Source: Octopus vulgaris (lineage: Eukaryota). Taken from it: DNA of 64,000 nucleotides. The stretch covers positions 45,508,001 to 45,572,000 of the forward strand of contig OX597835.1 in assembly GCA_951406725.2 (NCBI GenBank), in the 5' to 3' direction. Positions within the stretch are counted from its first letter, which is position 1, and each line of letters opens with the position of its first letter. Under the pieces are notes generated by a model. It worked only from the letters and a program-made list of their open reading frames with translations, was not told the origin of the DNA and did no database searches. Shown piece after piece: positions 57,060 through 64,000 of the stretch. Made by a program: the position numbers and the translations under genes.

Positions 57060-58596
57060 GATGTATATATGTGTATGCGTGTGTGCGTATGTGTGTGTCT
57101 GGCTGTATGAGTGTATATGTGTATATGTAAATATTCAAATTTCTGTATAGTTTCTGTCTACTGCGTTGCATTAATATGTGATTGGCTATAGCGAGGCAAT
57201 TGTAAAATTCCAATTGGCGTGCAATAGAATGGAACCGAGCATCATTTGGTTCCTGAGCAAAGATTTTAACCATGCCAACGTGAAAACAGAGTGATGTTCA
57301 TGTTAAGTAACCAGTTCTCTGGAAGTTGAAATACCACTTAAAATATCATCGATGCGTATTGGAAAGACGGATATCATTTTTAGAGGTCGTCTGTATTCTT
57401 TTAGTATGTCACGTTCCAAGATTTAGAAATCAACAAATCATGACTCGGAATTATGCCATGAATCTCTTTATTTCATTGTTTCTTTATTTATGTATTTATT
57501 AATTTATTTATTTATTCAATCATTTATTCACTTATTTTGTTGGCTTTTTTACACTGTTGTATCTCACAATTTTCATAGATTTCATAAGAGTGTTCATCGT
57601 TATACCCGTGTATCTGTGTCTTTATCTGTATCTGTATTTGTTGTTTCAAACCAGAGTTGTATAGAAAACATAATTTCGCCATTTGATAAATATCGAAAAA
57701 GAAACAAAGTAATCACATTAAAAATATATGTACAGGTGTCTACAATCTCAGTCAAAACACTCGCACACTGTGCTCAGGTATGGTCGTTCTTCTATCTGTA
57801 AATCCAGTTAGCATATAAATTGATAGCTTTGATTTTTGTTTCTTTTTCTTTTTTTTTATTTAAGATGAAGACACAGTCAAAACAATCTTCAAAAAGCGAA
57901 GCGAATCAAAAATATTCACATCCTACTTTTTGTTTTTTCTCATGCTTGCAGTTAATAATTTCTATGGTTCTTCGCATCACCGTACTACATGTTTACGAAA
58001 TTAACATGTAAAACACGACTGCCATTACAGGAACTTCGTTTATCCCCCGTCTATTCCAGACTTTGCCGCCTCCTCCCCTCCGCATCACTTTTTCTCTCTT
58101 TCTGATATTCAAAATATTGAATATTTTTTACTCATACAAAAAAATATACACAAATAAAATAAATATCCCGTACCCTCTCTGCCAAGAACCAAATCTAAAA
58201 ACGAAAAAGAAAGTAAAGAAAAATAAACGTACGGTGAAGGTTTGAATGATTTCTTTTAAACGAATTTCCTGTTGTAATATATTCTATAGAATATTAAGGA
58301 GGAATCCATTTTATATAAATTCTTGAAATATTCAGCAATATTTTCGGCTTTCAAATGCTTTCAAAAATTTCATTTTGCTATCTTTACCTTTATTTTGAAT
58401 ATATTTTTTGTTTTACATTAAAAATTTATTTTTGCTTAATTTTCTTTTTAATTTAGAGTATTTATTATTGTTTATATATATACATGATTTTTTTTGCTAT
58501 ATTTCATTTTTTTTAAAACCATATTCCTTACGATTTATTTTTGAATATTTTTTCAATAGTTTTTATTTTTTAAATATTGAAATATTATATTTCCTA

Positions 58597-59128
<532 letters not shown>

Positions 59129-59667
59129 CTATTTCTTTTTATTTATGTCTTTACATGAAAAGGCATGATTTAATTATTGATATAGGAAATTTCGGGTTGG
59201 AATAAATAGCCATTTAAAAACTTCTGATCAACAGACATGATGTAGCCAACAGCTATTTTCATTTACGGTAGTTGTTTTTTTCTATATATTATTTTCGTCT
59301 TATTTTTTAAAAATTACTTTCATATACTTTTTTCATGTTTTGTCTCTTTTAATTTGCGTTCTTGAATATGCAAATAGTCTCTGCTTCTTACGTTGTATTT
59401 AATTTTTGTTGTTGTTGTTCTTATTAATATTGTTTGAAACTGACTGTGTGATAAACTTGCATATCAAATATAAAAGAAAAGAAAATGAAATATTGAAATG
59501 TTGAAAATAGCTGAAAACTGCAAATCAATTCTTTACGTTCTAAAATGTGTCTTCTCTTCTTTCTGTCTGCACACACACACACACACACACACAAACGCAC
59601 ACACAAACACACACACACACAAACACACACACACATGTAAAAATATTAAGCGACAGGAAGAGTCGCA

Positions 59668-59713
<46 letters not shown>

Positions 59714-59741
59714 TATATGTATATGTATTCATGTATGTATG

Positions 59742-59778
<37 letters not shown>

Positions 59779-60175
59779 AGAATAGAAGAAACGCATTCGT
59801 GTATATACATATATGTGTGTGCGTATAAATATATATATATAAGTGTGCGTGTATAAATATATATATATATACGTGTGTGTATATGTATGCATGTACGTTA
59901 ATATAAATAAGTCTATCGGGGGTGGGGTGAGACGGAGATGCAACATGAGTGTATACGTTTATTGTACAAAACGTAGTGATTTGGTCAATTTGCATGTAAC
60001 TGCATAGGTATTTACATGCAAACATGGTACAGAGACAGTTTGGTAGGGGATAAATACTTATGTAAATAAATACACGCTTATATATGCCATTGACTACAAT
60101 CACAAGCACACAGTCATGTGTATGTATATCAATGTGTACATATATACAATTAGATATATATAGATATATATATGT

Positions 60176-60240
<65 letters not shown>

Positions 60241-60255
60241 ATGTATGTGTGTGAA

Positions 60256-60301
<46 letters not shown>

Positions 60302-60561
60302 TATTTGTATGTATATTTTCATGTATATGTATGTGCGTGTATCTATGTTTACCCGATCCTTACTGAAACGGATTGGTGAAAATTCCGATCAAAAAATGCT
60401 GCACTTTGTTAACAAGCTGCATGCATACTATAATTTTGCGTTTCGTTGATCAAATGCAGAAAGCAGAATTAACACACTTTCGTGTTCAGATATAAGTAAT
60501 CATATTTACAGATAGACAGACAGACAGATAGATAAATATATAGATATATAGAAAGATAGTT

Positions 60562-60634
<73 letters not shown>

Positions 60635-60654
60635 TTGATTGATAGATAGACAGA

Positions 60655-60793
<139 letters not shown>

Positions 60794-63020
60794 GATTGAT
60801 AGATAGATGTTCGTATATATAATTTCATTAATGTTTGAGCGTTGCTATATTTAAAAGTATATGGTATGATATATTTTACCAATATAGATATCCAGTGAAT
60901 CCAAATGATTGTAAGGCGAATACAAGCATGCATAGATAGTAATTTGTTTAAGTTATGTGCTTCATAAACACCAAGACTAGTACCCAGTCACCTTTTCGGG
61001 AACATCGTACATGTTTTTCTACCATAAACTCGAATTGCTTACCAACTGAAGATTAAATATATTTGGCTTGATTTTGATTCACAAATTTGATGACATAGCA
61101 TGGTTTCTTGAGCCAAAAATACATTGATAAAAGGTAGAATCAATGAAAGAATACCAAAATAGAAATAGCTTCTTATATGAAGGATAAAATACATTGAATG
61201 CGATAATTTCTGACTCTGTGAAGTGTCGTACACTATATATAATGAATTGTGCACAAGTTACTCCAGAATCGCAAATTATCGCCTTTTCCAACTCTACAAC
61301 AGCTTTTAACTTTTTCCTTCATTGTAGATGTTTCTCCTACACCCAGTGGATGTTCCAATTTGTCATACTTTTATTGTTCCCCTCTTTTATCATCTTACTT
61401 TCAATAAATGACTTCAACCACCACTCATCTATCTTCAAGCTGTGAAATTCATCTAAAATTTATAACTCAGTTGTGCACAAGACATCTATAATATTATCAA
61501 CAAGTACATCTATTAACTGACATATTTTTTAATGTCCCACGAAATCTCATGAGAGAAGGTATAGTTCATGTATTTCTCGCATCTGTCCAACCAGGTCTTT
61601 ATACTCCTCTTGCACAAGAGTGATGTTTCCTGCTTTTTTACTACTCTTTTACAGAAATTCCGTAAATTTAGTCGTACTAAAAAAAAATATTTTAAATTGT
61701 AAAGAATCTGTTCGACACTCTGATTTTATCCCACTTGGAGATTGCCTCATTTTCCAATTGAGTTGTGATGGTCTTGTGGTGAAACTGGTTGTTGCGAAAT
61801 CTTTTATGAAATCCCGTATGCTGTATTATATATGCAATTTAAGAAAGATAATACTTCATGAGAAACTTTGCCACGTTGATTGTTTTTCAGAATTACCTCA
61901 TTGGTACAGGTGCCTGTGGAATGATTCCGTAGCTGATATAATTAAATCACCGTGGTGTGAAACATTTGGGGAGAATCATGAAAATATTACATGTTAGCAA
62001 AGCAATCGTAAAATATTCGTTATGTTGTAATATAATATAACACACAGTTATTACATATATGGTTCAATGCGGGGTTTCATGAGCGATTAAACATTCAAAC
62101 AAACGAGAGATGATTGAATGAACTCAGTGCAACTTTTATAATATAATCTAAAGAAATCAAACTTATATAGAATTTTAACAATTAATACATCTAGATATCA
62201 GAGAACTGGATATTGTAATAAGATATTGCTATATTTGATATGAAATTAGGCCCAAGTTATTGATATTACGTTGCAGGATTCACATCAAGGGAGAAGAAAA
62301 CGTTTGGCAAATATCAGAATCACAATTGCGAATGTACAATTATTTCATCATTATGATTGTACTCTCATATAATCCGAGCTACATTGCTAGAAATTACCTA
62401 TAATAATTTTGATAAATATTTATCTCCGCAAGAAATTACAATACGAATAGAATACAGCAGCTTAGTGTTGCTGCTGTGTCTTGACACTGTAGCAGCGAGA
62501 AATAGCTCGAACAACGCGCAGCGTATTGCATATTTTCGTGAGATGGATTAAAGCTTTATTGAGATGATATGAAACTTGCATTAAGACAAATACTAACATG
62601 TGATTTTCCGGATCCAATGGAGAATTATATTTGGAAAATTCTGTTAGAAAGAGATAACAGAATGATTGAAAATATCATAATAAATATTAGAAAACATATA
62701 AAACATCTCTTCGGAGATAAAATATATTGGGTAATTATCCCGAGTATCCACGTGCGATTATGTTTTTTTTATTTTTTACTTTACTTGTGGCATTTTCATG
62801 GAATATAAAACGAAAGAAATCACAAGCAAAAACACAATAAATACTATTTAATATAAAAAAAAAGAATATTAGAGATATGTAACATAAAACTAAGGGATAA
62901 AAATGAATGTAATAAAATCCATTGCGATTCAATGTTGAATTCAGCGAGAATTTATTTAAAAATATAACCATGACAGCAAACACACGCGTGCGCATATACA
63001 CTTATAAGTGTGAGTGTTCG

Positions 63021-63067
<47 letters not shown>

Positions 63068-63073
<6 letters not shown>

Positions 63074-63262
63074 TTTATTTAAAGCACCAGAAAATTCAAC
63101 AAAACCTGTTACTCTGAGTTTCACGTTGCCGTTCGTCGAACGTGAAACTCAGAGTAACAGGTTTTGTTGAATTTTCTGCTGCTTTAAATAAAGCATATTA
63201 CTCTACCACTGGTCTTTGAGTACTCTTTTTTCCACCTTGTTTCACATTTATGTGTTTACTCC

Positions 63263-63264
<2 letters not shown>
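63068..63264. mobile_element. Fold-back pLTR-like mini-element in (TA)n: 60-bp arms 63068-63127 / 63139-63198, tail to 63264, truncated hammerhead at the fold
   Basis: Arms differ at 2 positions; minus strand reads ..GACGA-ACG(GCAA)CGU-GAAA-CUCAGAG-UA-ACAGG; long (TA)n on both sides. Confidence 0.8.
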
Positions 63265-63335
<71 letters not shown>

Positions 63336-63620
63336 ATATATATATACACGGGTTGTGAGGGGTTAAAAAATAAAAAAGTGAGATGAGAAGAGAGAGAGAG
63401 AGAGAGAGAGAGATACTTCTTGGGTCGTAGGCGCTGCCGTTAACGATTTCTAGATGCAACCAGTCTGCGTGAGAAAGAGTGAATGTTGTCTCCGTAGCGG
63501 CCACCTCAGTCGCGGACTTGCATGCGAGTGAACTCCACAGAAAACAAAACGGTGCCGTTTCCAGGTAGTAGCATTAATTTGGTCTATCATTTGAAGGCAA
63601 ACCTAAATGCACGTACGCAT

Positions 63621-63681
<61 letters not shown>

Positions 63682-63940
63682 TAAACGCATATATGCGTGT
63701 TTGTGACGACGTGTACTGGTGTGTATGTGTGAGTGCATATATGTGAGTGCGTATATGTGAGTGTGTATATGTGTGTGTGGAGGCGAAAAGCTGCTGGATA
63801 CGCTGTAGTAAAGGTGTATTCAATTGGTTTGCAGCTGGTAATCTAGTCCCGAGTTACTCAGGGATTTCTTTCTCTATGCCACCTCGCAATACCCTGCGAC
63901 TAAGAAACACAGATGCGCACCATAAGCCTCGAGCAACTAT

Positions 63941-64000
63941 TGGCTGTGTGGTAAGTAGCTTGCTAACCAACCACATGGTTCCGGGTTCAGTCCCACTGCG
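63941..64000 (+). mobile_element. SINE family B head (runs off the window)
   Basis: tggctgtgtggtaagtagcttgctaaccaaccacatggttccgggttcagtcccactgcg is near-identical to 19500-19559. Confidence 0.85.

Noticed and set aside
61039-62000. Short ORFs suggesting a decayed transposase
   Set aside because: No catalytic motif or terminal repeat could be identified by eye.

Overview
This is AT-rich eukaryotic DNA crowded with microsatellites. The SINE families and repeat landscape look like an octopus (coleoid cephalopod) genome; this is an inference, not a database match. No host protein-coding gene, tRNA or rRNA gene can be supported, and nearly all listed ORFs are microsatellite artefacts. The recognisable content is mobile DNA: many copies of two tRNA-derived SINE families, R4/Dong-type LINE fragments in (TAA)n, CR1-like and RTE LINE fragments, mariner remnants, a non-autonomous Helitron, two MITEs, two solo LTRs with 5-bp TSDs, and a Penelope-like element (GIY-YIG endonuclease) with 384-bp inverted pLTRs. 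The most interesting signal is a set of short, non-coding fold-back elements in (TA)n tracts (about 9.1, 18.1, 24.0, 30.4 and 63.1 kb). Most carry type I hammerhead ribozyme motifs in their arms. Three otherwise dissimilar ones share a CCACTGGT motif in an unpaired tail. A second candidate is a ~550-bp non-coding element, present twice, that sits in (TAA)n like Dong. Boundaries were read by eye and may be off by a few bases.
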